Both the position numbers and the translations under genes were made by a program. Below, one piece after another: positions 50,778 through 59,361 of a stretch of DNA of 64,000 bases. The notes under the pieces are model-generated. The model searched no databases. It was not told the DNA's origin and saw only the letters and a list, made by a program, of their open reading frames with translations. The DNA comes from Candidatus Pelagibacteraceae bacterium (lineage in GTDB: Bacteria; Pseudomonadota; Alphaproteobacteria; Pelagibacterales; Pelagibacteraceae): positions 6,339 to 70,338 of the forward strand of contig CBFHID010000002.1 of NCBI GenBank assembly GCA_965655895.1, written 5' to 3'. Each line of letters opens with the position of its first letter. The stretch's first letter is position 1.

Positions 50778-51926
50778 TTAATCGTTTACTACAATATATG
50801 CCCAATCTAACCAAGGTAATAAATTTTCTATATCAGAGGTATCAACTGTTGAGCCTCCCCAAATTCTAAACCCAGGGGGTGCTGTTCGGTAAGAATTGAT
50901 GTCAAATGCAACTTGCTCTTTATCTAAAATATCATTTATTTCTTTAATTCTACCTTTTTGTAAATCATCACTTAATTTAAGAAAGTTAGTATCTTTAACC
51001 TTTAAACATATGCTGGTTGACGACAAATTTTCTTCCTTTTCACATAAGAAATCAGCCCAGCTACTTTTTTTAACCCAATCCTTAACCGCTTGAAGATTTT
51101 TACTCGATCGATCGATTGCACTTTTTATACCTCCAATAGAATCTATCCATTCCAGTGAATCTAAAGCATCTTCAACACAAAACATCGAAGGAGTATTGAT
51201 TGTAGCTCCTTTAAAAATTCCATCAACTAACTTGCCCTTGGATGTTAATCTGTAAATCTTTGGTATTGGCCATTTTGGAATATAGCTTTCTAAACGCTTA
51301 ACTGCTTTAGGTGAAAGTGCAATCATGCCATGAGCTCCTTCTCCACCTAAAACTTTTTGCCAGGACCATGTTATTACATCAAGTTTTTTAAAATCAAGAT
51401 CCATAGCAAATACCGCTGAAGTTGCATCGCATACAACGAGGCCTTTTCTGTTATCCGGTATCCAATCTGCATTTGGAACTTTAACTCCTGATGTCGTGCC
51501 ATTCCAATTAAATAAAATATCATTATCAAAATTTATTTTGGTTAGATCTGGTAATTTGCCATAGTCTGCTTTGTGGACTCTGTTTCCTTCAATTTTCAAT
51601 TGATCGGTGATTGTTTTCGCCCAATCTAAACCAAAGCTTTCCCAAGCTAAAACTTCAGCTCCATTTGGTCCTAAAAGATTCCACATAGCTGCTTCAACAG
51701 CGCCAGTATCTGATCCTGCCAAAATTCCTACTTGGTAATCATCAGGTAGATTCAATATCTTTTTTGATTGCTGAATTACTTTTAATAATTTTTCTTTCGC
51801 AGGTTTTGCTCTGTGAGATCTGCCAAGACTTTCAAAATCAAATTTTGAAACATCCCAACCGGGTCTTTTTTTGCATGGACCGGAAGAGAAATAGGGACTA
51901 CGAGGTTTAACAATTGGTTTTGGCAT
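50778..51926 (-). CDS. serC: Phosphoserine aminotransferase (alphaproteobacterial/methylotroph-type SerC)
   Basis: 382 aa with the FSSGPCKKRPGW N-terminus and the WSWQKVLGGEGAHG block (PLP Lys context). Confidence 0.88.
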   Translation of the reverse strand: MPKPIVKPRSPYFSSGPCKKRPGWDVSKFDFESLGRSHRAKPAKEKLLKVIQQSKKILNLPDDYQVGILAGSDTGAVEAAMWNLLGPNGAEVLAWESFGLDWAKTITDQLKIEGNRVHKADYGKLPDLTKINFDNDILFNWNGTTSGVKVPNADWIPDNRKGLVVCDATSAVFAMDLDFKKLDVITWSWQKVLGGEGAHGMIALSPKAVKRLESYIPKWPIPKIYRLTSKGKLVDGIFKGATINTPSMFCVEDALDSLEWIDSIGGIKSAIDRSSKNLQAVKDWVKKSSWADFLCEKEENLSSTSICLKVKDTNFLKLSDDLQKGRIKEINDILDKEQVAFDINSYRTAPPGFRIWGGSTVDTSDIENLLPWLDWAYIVVND

Positions 51927-51938
51927 CTTTAGATTTAT

Positions 51939-51961
51939 AGCGCAGTCTTAAAGACTGCGCT
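51939..51961. terminator. GC-rich perfect palindrome AGCGCAGTCTT-a-AAGACTGCGCT between the CADD-like gene and serC
   Basis: Arms of 11 nt around a single central base. No clear U-tract on either strand. It stands out in AT-rich DNA. It could be a terminator, an RNA processing or stability element, or a protein-binding site. Confidence 0.45.
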
Positions 51962-51974
51962 TAGAAAAAATTAT

Positions 51975-52646
51975 TTACGCTGCACACTCCAAAGGTAATT
52001 TGTGCTTCAACGCTACGCCTGATAAAAAGTTCCACATAAACTTGGCAGTTGTTAACGCAGCTTTTTCAGCTTTAACTTGCTCTTCTGGAGTAAGTTCATC
52101 TAAAAGTTTTTCGCACTCTGCTCTATGAATTACATCCGCATCTTTATGCACTTCAAAAAATTGGAGACCTTCTTTTGTATTAACTCCGTAATGCTGTTTT
52201 AATCCAGAAATTTTTACATCCGCAATTTCCGGCACTTGTCTTTCATATGTATAAAATGATCCTAGACCTTCTGCATAACTAGATCTTGCTTGCTTAAAGA
52301 AATTATCAATCATATCTCTTGTAAAACTCTCTTGAGATTTTGTTTCAATTTCATTTTTATCGGCACCAAGCGCTAAAGCGAATTGCTTCCACAATTTTGG
52401 ATGATCGTTATCTCTATCTTCTTCTTCTTGTAAATTTTCCAATAAAATTTTTCTTTTCGAAATATCTTCACATAATGAATGTGTAGCACTAATATACCTT
52501 GGAAAGGCTTTTACATGCTGATAATATTGCTCAGCATAGTCTTTAATAATTTCTCTATTTAATTTCCCTTCATTCCACGCTTGATAAAAAGGATGCTTTA
52601 ATAAATGGTACTCATCTAATTTATCTGCTAATTTTTTTGAAAACAT
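51975..52646 (-). CDS. CADD/PqqC/TenA-like heme-oxygenase-fold di-iron protein
   Basis: I moved the start to ATG 52646 (MFSKKLADKL), which has AGGAG 6 nt upstream. The blocks HPFYQAWNEGKL, YAEQYYQHVKAFPRYISATHSLC, LLENLQEEE, HPKLWKQFALALG and FFEVHKDADVIHR match my recollection of Chlamydia CADD (CT610). Confidence 0.7.
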   Translation of the reverse strand: MFSKKLADKLDEYHLLKHPFYQAWNEGKLNREIIKDYAEQYYQHVKAFPRYISATHSLCEDISKRKILLENLQEEEDRDNDHPKLWKQFALALGADKNEIETKSQESFTRDMIDNFFKQARSSYAEGLGSFYTYERQVPEIADVKISGLKQHYGVNTKEGLQFFEVHKDADVIHRAECEKLLDELTPEEQVKAEKAALTTAKFMWNFLSGVALKHKLPLECAA

Positions 52647-52743
52647 ATCGACTCCTGTAAATAATTTATTAAACAACATTATTAGGATTGATTAATAATT
52701 CAATCTATAAAATTTATTAATTTTGAATAACTTGGTAAAATTT

Positions 52744-52775
52744 AAACAGCCTTATTTTTTAAAATAAGGCTGTTT
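52744..52775 (-). terminator. Rho-independent terminator downstream of the HU gene
   Basis: Inverted repeat AAACAGCCTTATTTT / AAAATAAGGCTGTTT. On the minus strand it is followed by TTTAAATTTT. Confidence 0.6.
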
Positions 52776-52781
52776 TAAAGA

Positions 52782-53057
52782 CTATTTATTGAACATGTCT
52801 TTTAAAGCTTTTGCAGGTAAAAACTTTACTTTTTGAGAAGCTGAGATTTGAATAGTTTCACCCGTTCTTGGATTTCTACCTTGTCTAGCTTTTCTTTTTG
52901 CTACTTTGTAAGTACCAAAACCTGCAATTTTTACTGAATCATCATCTTTTAGCGCATCTAATATAATATTAGTTATGCTATCAAATGTTCTTTCTGCATC
53001 AGCTTTACTTAGATTTAATGTGCTAGAAATTTTAGCAACAAGCTGTTTTTTGTTCAT
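52782..53057 (-). CDS. hup: HU-family nucleoid-associated DNA-binding protein
   Basis: 91 aa with GFGTYKVAKRKARQGRNPRTGETIQI, the canonical HU/IHF arm. Confidence 0.9.
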   Translation of the reverse strand: MNKKQLVAKISSTLNLSKADAERTFDSITNIILDALKDDDSVKIAGFGTYKVAKRKARQGRNPRTGETIQISASQKVKFLPAKALKDMFNK

Positions 53058-53179
53058 TTTGGTCCTTTCGAATCGTTATAAGAATACAATCATTCAAAAA
53101 CTCAATAAAATCAACGAAAAATCATTTTGGGGGACTATTTAACCACAGATTTCAACTAAAAATCTAATATTTTCGCTTT

Positions 53180-54283
53180 TTAAAACAAACCAAGGCTTTT
53201 TAAATCATTAAAAGTAGCAAAAAACATCAAAGAAAAGAGTGCAGCCATACCAAACTTATAAAAATAAATTTGAACATTTTCGCTCAAAGGTTTGCCTCTT
53301 ATAAACTCAATTAAATAAAAAAACAAATGACCCCCATCAAGTAATGGAATTGGGAAGAGATTAATTAATCCTAAACTTATGGAGATATACGCCATGATAG
53401 ATAAAAAAGGTACTAATCCGTGTTCAGCAACTTTGCCTGATATTTGTGCAATCTTTATCGGTCCACCCAACTGATCTGTACTTTCTTTTCCTGTAATCAT
53501 TTTTCCAATATAGGATAGCGTCATCGCAATTGCATTGTACGTTTCTTTGATCGCCAAATATAAAGCTTGGGAAGGACCATACTTTTGTCTTTCTATCTTT
53601 CCTTTCAAGGGAGATATTTTTATTCCTATTAATTTACGCTGAATATTATTTCCAAAATTATCTTTAATAATTTTTTTTTCAGGTTTAACCAAATAAGAAA
53701 AGGGCTGTTGATTTCTTAAAACTTCAATCTTCACGTGCTCATTTTCACTTGTCGATATAAACAAAGCTACGTCATTAATACTTTGAATTTTCTTGTCATC
53801 AATAAAAGTAATTTGATCATTATTTTTCAGGCCAGCTTTAGACGCAGGTGAATTTTGTTGAACCTCTGTTATTACTGGAACGGTTGTGTCTTTGCCCGTA
53901 GTCATAAATATAATAGAAAAAATAATGATTGCTAAAATAAAATTTGCAAAAGGACCGGCAGAAACAATAATTGCTCTTTGATAAAGCGGTTTTGTAGTTA
54001 AAAGTTTGGAGTGATATTTAGTATCAATTTTATCTAAACTGACAGGTTGAGATGCAGAATTGCTATCGCCAAAAAACTTTACATAACCTCCAAGTGGAAT
54101 TGCACATATTTTCCATCTGGTTCCATCTTTATCATTAAAACCAAATAATTCTTTACCAAATCCAATGGAAAAATCAGTTACACCAACTTTATATTTTTTT
54201 GCAAAATAGTAATGACCATATTCATGAATAAACACGACTATTGAAATCAATATGATAAATGAGAGTATATACTGTAACATCAA
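53180..54283 (-). CDS. rseP: RIP zinc metalloprotease RseP (site-2 protease)
   Basis: 367 aa with HEYGHYYFA (HExxH), a PDZ domain and the C-terminal NLFPIPLLDGGH motif. Confidence 0.9.
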   Translation of the reverse strand: MMLQYILSFIILISIVVFIHEYGHYYFAKKYKVGVTDFSIGFGKELFGFNDKDGTRWKICAIPLGGYVKFFGDSNSASQPVSLDKIDTKYHSKLLTTKPLYQRAIIVSAGPFANFILAIIIFSIIFMTTGKDTTVPVITEVQQNSPASKAGLKNNDQITFIDDKKIQSINDVALFISTSENEHVKIEVLRNQQPFSYLVKPEKKIIKDNFGNNIQRKLIGIKISPLKGKIERQKYGPSQALYLAIKETYNAIAMTLSYIGKMITGKESTDQLGGPIKIAQISGKVAEHGLVPFLSIMAYISISLGLINLFPIPLLDGGHLFFYLIEFIRGKPLSENVQIYFYKFGMAALFSLMFFATFNDLKSLGLF

Positions 54284-54894
54284 AAATTTTTAATACTTAA
54301 AACTAGTATTATACCAAAAATAAATACCAATGAACCTGAAAATAAATTAATTTTTCTCATAAAATTTGGTGTTAATCTTTCTTTTAATTTAACCGAGATA
54401 AAACACAGTATTAACCACCATGCAAGTGAACCAAAAAATATACCAATTACGATCAAGGTTGAGTCGAGATAGTTAATTTTCTCCATCAAATAATTGACGT
54501 ACGAAAGCGCAGCTATAAAGGCAATAATTGTTATTGGGTTGCTAATTGTAACTAAAAATCCAGTTAGTATATCTTTTGATATATTTTCATGAATCACCTT
54601 TTGATTTGTAGCATCTGTAGTTTTTAACATCATTCTAATGCCTATAAACATAACGCAAAATGCACCCGCTAATCTCAAAACTGGTTGACTTTCTAGAGTT
54701 TCCTCGGATATTGCAAATAAACCAAAAACTGCCAACGTTCCATAGACCAAATCAGCCAATGCAATACCTATGCCAGTCCAAAAACCAGCATTAAAGCTAT
54801 ACTGGATAGATCGACTTATGCACATCACGGCGGCAGCTCCTACTGGCAAAGCTACAAAAAAACCTATTATGAGACCCGTTAAAAGGTATAGCAT
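54280..54894 (-). CDS. LysE-family translocator
   Basis: 204 aa with about 6 TM helices and a LysE-type N-terminal LPVGAAAVMCI segment. Confidence 0.75.
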   Translation of the reverse strand: MLYLLTGLIIGFFVALPVGAAAVMCISRSIQYSFNAGFWTGIGIALADLVYGTLAVFGLFAISEETLESQPVLRLAGAFCVMFIGIRMMLKTTDATNQKVIHENISKDILTGFLVTISNPITIIAFIAALSYVNYLMEKINYLDSTLIVIGIFFGSLAWWLILCFISVKLKERLTPNFMRKINLFSGSLVFIFGIILVLSIKNF

Positions 54895-54980
54895 TTAAAA
54901 AGGTTAATTATTACAATATAAAATAGCTAGATTCTACTGATATGTTGATCTATAACTATAACAAATAAAGGAATTTAAAC

Positions 54981-55493
54981 ATGGCAATATTTGACGACGA
55001 AAATAACAATAGTAATAATAACAGTCCTTTTTCAAGATCTACACCAACAAGATCTTCATCAATGGACTCTACAAAAGAAGGTAATATCCATATTGGATCT
55101 GGAGTTTCCGTTAATGGTGAAATCAATGCTCCAAATGAAGTTATAGTGAATGGTAAACATACCGGAAAAGTTGCTGCTGGAAAAATGAGTGTTAAGAACG
55201 GTGGTGGAGTAGATGGAGAGACTGCAGTAGAAACTGCTGAGATTGATGGTAATTATGACGGTAACCTTCAAGTAGCTGGTACACTTTCCGTTTCATCTTC
55301 TGGCGTAGCTAAAGGTGAAATTAGATACAAAGATTTAGAAATTGCTCTTGGTGGAAAAATTAGTGGAACGATTGCAGAAATGTCTGATGAAGACTTTCAA
55401 AAATCAAAAATAAAACTAGTTAAAGATGACGAAGAGACGGGTAAAAAATCTGGTGGCGGTTTCTTTGGTACAGCTAAAGAAGAAGATAATTAA
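54981..55493 (+). CDS. Bactofilin (DUF583) cytoskeletal protein with disordered N- and C-terminal tails
   Basis: 170 aa with a beta-helical repeat core (IGSGVSVNGEINAPNEVIVNGKHTGKVAAGKMSV...GGKISGTI). The N-tail is rich in Asn and Ser, and the C-tail is acidic or Gly-rich. Confidence 0.8.
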   Translation: MAIFDDENNNSNNNSPFSRSTPTRSSSMDSTKEGNIHIGSGVSVNGEINAPNEVIVNGKHTGKVAAGKMSVKNGGGVDGETAVETAEIDGNYDGNLQVAGTLSVSSSGVAKGEIRYKDLEIALGGKISGTIAEMSDEDFQKSKIKLVKDDEETGKKSGGGFFGTAKEEDN

Positions 55494-55516
55494 AAATTAT
55501 AAAAACTATTTAACCT

Positions 55517-55837
55517 ATGGAATCATCTAATTCTGTTTTACTATCTGATGTTGAGTTAAAAGGTAAAATTACCGAAAAAGACGACATCATTTTAGGATGT
55601 AAGTTTGATGGAAACATAGTGGCTAGTAAAGTTAACTTATCAAATACTTCAGATATAAATGGCGATATCAACGCCAATGAGATTATCGTTGAAGGAAAAG
55701 TAAAAGGCTCTTTAGCTGCAAAAAAAATCTCTATTAAAAAAGGTTGTAACTTTGAAGGAGATGCTGTTGGTGAGAGCATTGCCATTGAAGAAGGATCAAA
55801 TATCAAAATTCAAGCTTTAACTAAAAAAGCATTATAA
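55517..55837 (+). CDS. Bactofilin (DUF583), short paralogue
   Basis: 106 aa consisting of the core repeat only (VELKGKITEKDDIILGCKFDGNIVASKVNL...GKVKGSLAAKKISIKKGCNFEGD). Confidence 0.8.
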   Translation: MESSNSVLLSDVELKGKITEKDDIILGCKFDGNIVASKVNLSNTSDINGDINANEIIVEGKVKGSLAAKKISIKKGCNFEGDAVGESIAIEEGSNIKIQALTKKAL

Positions 55838-56077
55838 ATGAGTTCTTGGGTTACCCAAGGTATAATAATCTTATCAATCTATTTCTTGATATTGGTATTT
55901 TGGCAATTAAGGTCAAGATCTACAGGTAATGATTTAAATCATGAGTATAAAATGAAAAAATTAGAACTTGAAAAGAAAAGCAAAAGACTCAAAGAATGGG
56001 AAACTCAATTAAAAATAAAAAGTACTCTTGTTAAAAGAACAAAAAGATTTTCAAAAAAGAGAACGAAGAAAAAGTAG
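55838..56077 (+). CDS. Small N-terminally anchored membrane protein with a coiled, very basic tail
   Basis: 79 aa with one TM helix followed by a Lys/Glu-rich helix ending in KRTKRFSKKRTKKK. It starts directly after the second bactofilin stop. Confidence 0.5.
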   Translation: MSSWVTQGIIILSIYFLILVFWQLRSRSTGNDLNHEYKMKKLELEKKSKRLKEWETQLKIKSTLVKRTKRFSKKRTKKK

Positions 56078-56962
56078 TTAAAAATTCCACTCAGCGACTT
56101 TATTAAATATAAAATCTCTAAACGCTTTAACGCGTGTTACATTTTTTAATGATTGAGGGTAGACAAAATGAGCTTCATACTTTGGACCTTTCATGTCTGG
56201 CAAAACTCTAACTAAACCCTTATTATCCCCAACCATATAGTCAGGTAATGCAGCTAAGCCTGCACCTGCATCAACGGCCAACATTAAAGAGTAAATATTA
56301 TTTACTTTCATAACTGGCTTTCTTTTCTGTTTAGTGCCTAATTTTAAAATCCATTCTTTTTCAGATAATGGTGAAGGAGTACCTTTTCCATAAGCAATTA
56401 AATCATGTTTATCTAAATCTTTTGTAGTTTTAGGCGCTCCTTTTTTTGCAATATATTTTGACGACCCATATATATGATAATTAATATCCACTAGTTTTCT
56501 TTGAATATAATTTAACTGCTTTGGTTGCCTCATCCAAATTGCAATATCAGCTTCTCTTAAGCTCAGATCCAGTTCATCATTAGTGACTATAAGCTCGACT
56601 TCAATATCGGGGTTTTTATCTCTAAATTCTTTAATTCTTGGCGTTAACCATATTCCTCCAAAACCAACAACTGTCGTTACGGTCAATTTTCCAGATGGCT
56701 TATCTTTTCTTTCGATTAAATCAGTTTCAACTTCTTTAATTTTCGAAATAACTTCATTTGCAGTTTTATAGAGCGTTTCACCATTTTCAGTTAGGGACAG
56801 TCCTCTTGCGTGTCTTTGGAATAAACTACACTTTAATTCATATTCTAATGATTGTATTTGCCTGCTAATAGCTGACTGACTCAGGTTTAATGTTTCTCCT
56901 GCCTTCGTAAAACTACCGGCTTGGGTAACTGCATGAAAAATTTTTAACTTATCCCAATCCAT
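56078..56962 (-). CDS. LysR-family transcriptional regulator
   Basis: 294 aa with the N-terminal HTH FHAVTQAGSFTKAGETLNLSQSAISRQIQSLE and a LysR substrate-binding domain. Confidence 0.9.
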   Translation of the reverse strand: MDWDKLKIFHAVTQAGSFTKAGETLNLSQSAISRQIQSLEYELKCSLFQRHARGLSLTENGETLYKTANEVISKIKEVETDLIERKDKPSGKLTVTTVVGFGGIWLTPRIKEFRDKNPDIEVELIVTNDELDLSLREADIAIWMRQPKQLNYIQRKLVDINYHIYGSSKYIAKKGAPKTTKDLDKHDLIAYGKGTPSPLSEKEWILKLGTKQKRKPVMKVNNIYSLMLAVDAGAGLAALPDYMVGDNKGLVRVLPDMKGPKYEAHFVYPQSLKNVTRVKAFRDFIFNKVAEWNF

Positions 56963-56970
56963 CTATTTAT

Positions 56971-57966
56971 CTATTTATTGACGTTAACAATAACTCTTCC
57001 AGAAACTTCACCTTTTAAGATTTTTGAAGAATTTTGAACTACATCGTTAAGACTCCATTCCTCAACACCTTTAGAAAGTTTTGAAAAATCAATGTAAGAA
57101 TTAGCTTGAGACCATAAAAATTCTCGCCTTTTAAATGGCGCAGATACAGAGTCTATGCCCCATAACTTAACACCCCTTATAATAAATGGCATTACAGTTG
57201 TTTCCAATTTATAACTACTGGCTAAACCGCAGGCTGCCACTATTCCATTCGGCCTGGTATGTGAAAGAGCTTTTGCTAATATTTTACCACCAGTAGTGTC
57301 TACAACACCGTCATACAAACCTTTATCAATGGGTCTAGCGTCTTGATCCATTTCCTCTCGACTTACAATAGTTTTTGCACCTAATGATTTTAAAAAATCT
57401 TCTTTATCTTTTTTTCCAGTAAGAGTCGCTACATTATAACCAAGCTTACTTAATGCTAGAACCGCAACACTTCCAACACCACCGGTTGCTCCAGTAACTA
57501 ATACGTCTTTTACAGGCTCGCCTAAAAGAATAGTTTCTCTAGCTTGTATCGCAAGAACACACATTAATGCTGTCAAACCTGCTGTACCAAGAATCATCGC
57601 TTTTCTACTATCTAAATCATTTGGCATTTTAACTAAAAAATCATCTTGAACTTTTGCATACTGAGAATAACCACCAAAAAAAATCTCACCAACTCTCCAA
57701 CCTGTCAGTATTACTTTATCACCTTGTTTAAATTTATCACTTTCACTTTCTTCAACTGTTCCAGCAAAATCAATGCCGGGCACATGCGGATATTCTTTAA
57801 CTAAACTTCCACCGTTTTTTAAAATCATTCCATCCTTATAATTTAAAGATGAATAATCAATCTTAACTAGAACATTTCCATGTTTTAGAAATTCTTTATC
57901 AATGTCTTTTACATCTCTAGTAAAATTTTCACCTTCTTTATTAATAACTACAGCTTTGAAACTCAA
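56971..57966 (-). CDS. acuI: YhdH/AcuI-family NADPH-dependent acrylyl-CoA reductase (MDR superfamily)
   Basis: 331 aa with close block-wise similarity to E. coli YhdH as recalled (SSLNYKDGMILKNGG, PGIDFAGTV, TGATGGVGS, ACGLA). Confidence 0.8.
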   Translation of the reverse strand: MSFKAVVINKEGENFTRDVKDIDKEFLKHGNVLVKIDYSSLNYKDGMILKNGGSLVKEYPHVPGIDFAGTVEESESDKFKQGDKVILTGWRVGEIFFGGYSQYAKVQDDFLVKMPNDLDSRKAMILGTAGLTALMCVLAIQARETILLGEPVKDVLVTGATGGVGSVAVLALSKLGYNVATLTGKKDKEDFLKSLGAKTIVSREEMDQDARPIDKGLYDGVVDTTGGKILAKALSHTRPNGIVAACGLASSYKLETTVMPFIIRGVKLWGIDSVSAPFKRREFLWSQANSYIDFSKLSKGVEEWSLNDVVQNSSKILKGEVSGRVIVNVNK

Positions 57967-57967
57967 A

Positions 57968-58222
57968 TTATACCTTTTCTTTCTGCAAATTCATTTGTTC
58001 TTCAATTTTACTTTGTCTTTCATTATAAAAGTAGACTCTATCAGTATCTAAATCCGCATCCTCTTTTAAAACAAAACAAATATTACAATAGCCACAAACT
58101 ACATAACCCTCATTAGGTTTTATTTTGTAATAAACTTTAGGGCTGTCAATTTGAGTTGCTACATGTGTTGTATCAACGTAAACTCTTTTTAAAGCTTTAT
58201 ACTTATCGGGTATATTAATCAT
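57968..58222 (-). CDS. Small conserved protein, degenerate zf-CHCC-like
   Basis: 84 aa. SPKVYYKIKPNEGYVVCGYCNICFV resembles the C-terminal half of the zf-CHCC motif (HP.VYL......CPYC...F) but lacks the first ligand pair. Confidence 0.4.
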   Translation of the reverse strand: MINIPDKYKALKRVYVDTTHVATQIDSPKVYYKIKPNEGYVVCGYCNICFVLKEDADLDTDRVYFYNERQSKIEEQMNLQKEKV

Positions 58223-58836
58223 TATTTACTATGGTTAATGTATGACAAAAATCTTTGTTGCAAAGAATGACTATCGCGAAACGAGCCAGTAAAATAATTG
58301 GTTACCGTTGTTGCGTCTTCTTTCATTACTCCTCGAGTTGTCATGCACTGATGAGTTGCATCAATACAAACTGCTGTTCCATGAGCCTTTAATCCTTTAT
58401 TGATTGCATTGGCTATTTGCATTGTTAATCTTTCCTGTGTTTGCAATCTTCTTGAATAAGCCTCTACAACCCTAGCTAATTTACTTAATCCAACTACTTT
58501 CTCGGACGGGATATAAGCAACATGAGCTGTACCAATAATGGGTGCCATATGATGCTCACAATGACTTTGTATAGATATATTTTTTTGAATAACCATATCA
58601 TCATATCCTTCCACATCGCCAAATGTTTTCTCTAAATAAACTTGTGGATCCTCAGCATATCCGGAAAAATATTCATCAAAAGCTTTTATTACTCTCTTTG
58701 GGGTTTCTACTAATCCTTCACGGTCGGGGTTTTCGCCAATATATTTTAAAATTACTTGAATGGCTTTTTTTGCCTCTTCTTTACTAATTTTTTCTTCTAA
58801 TTTAGCTCTAAATTCTGTTACGTTTTTATTTGTCAT
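58222..58836 (-). CDS. folE: GTP cyclohydrolase I
   Basis: 204 aa with the SHCEHHMAPIIGTAHVAYIP and QERLT blocks. Confidence 0.92.
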   Translation of the reverse strand: MTNKNVTEFRAKLEEKISKEEAKKAIQVILKYIGENPDREGLVETPKRVIKAFDEYFSGYAEDPQVYLEKTFGDVEGYDDMVIQKNISIQSHCEHHMAPIIGTAHVAYIPSEKVVGLSKLARVVEAYSRRLQTQERLTMQIANAINKGLKAHGTAVCIDATHQCMTTRGVMKEDATTVTNYFTGSFRDSHSLQQRFLSYINHSK

Positions 58837-58895
58837 GAATTCCTATATATTTAAATTTGATTAAAGTAATATACAAATATAGATACATTATAACA

Positions 58896-59357
58896 ATGTT
58901 TAAAAAAAGAATTACAGTTGAGCAAGTTGAAGAAGGTAAAGATTTATGCCCAAAGTTTGATGAAAATGGGTTAATACCAGTCATTACCACTGATCATAGA
59001 TCAGGTGAAATATTAATGCATGGTTATATGAATGAAGAAGCTTTTATTAAAACAATTCAAACTAAAGAGGCTCATTATTTCAGTAGGTCAAGGAATTCTA
59101 TTTGGCATAAAGGAAAAACGAGCGGGTGGGTTCAGAAAGTAAAATTCATTAAAATTGATGATGACCAAGATTCAGTATGGATATCTGTAGATATAGGCGA
59201 TGGTGCAAGTTGTCATGTTGGATATTATTCATGTTTTTATAGATCGGTACCACTTGATGAAAAATCTAATGAGATCAGTTTAAAGTTTGAAGAAAAAGAA
59301 AAAAAATTTGATCCCAATATAGTATATAAGGGTCAGCCCAATCCAACGAAGTTATAA
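58896..59357 (+). CDS. hisI: Phosphoribosyl-AMP cyclohydrolase (monofunctional HisI) with a C-terminal extension
   Basis: The track ORF opens with TTG at 58857. ATG 58896 (MFKKRITVEQ) is more plausible. Blocks: GLIPVITTD, LMHGYMNEEA, YFSRSRNSIWHKGKTSG and DCDQD-like DDDQDSVW. Confidence 0.88.
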   Translation: MFKKRITVEQVEEGKDLCPKFDENGLIPVITTDHRSGEILMHGYMNEEAFIKTIQTKEAHYFSRSRNSIWHKGKTSGWVQKVKFIKIDDDQDSVWISVDIGDGASCHVGYYSCFYRSVPLDEKSNEISLKFEEKEKKFDPNIVYKGQPNPTKL

Positions 59358-59361
59358 ATTT

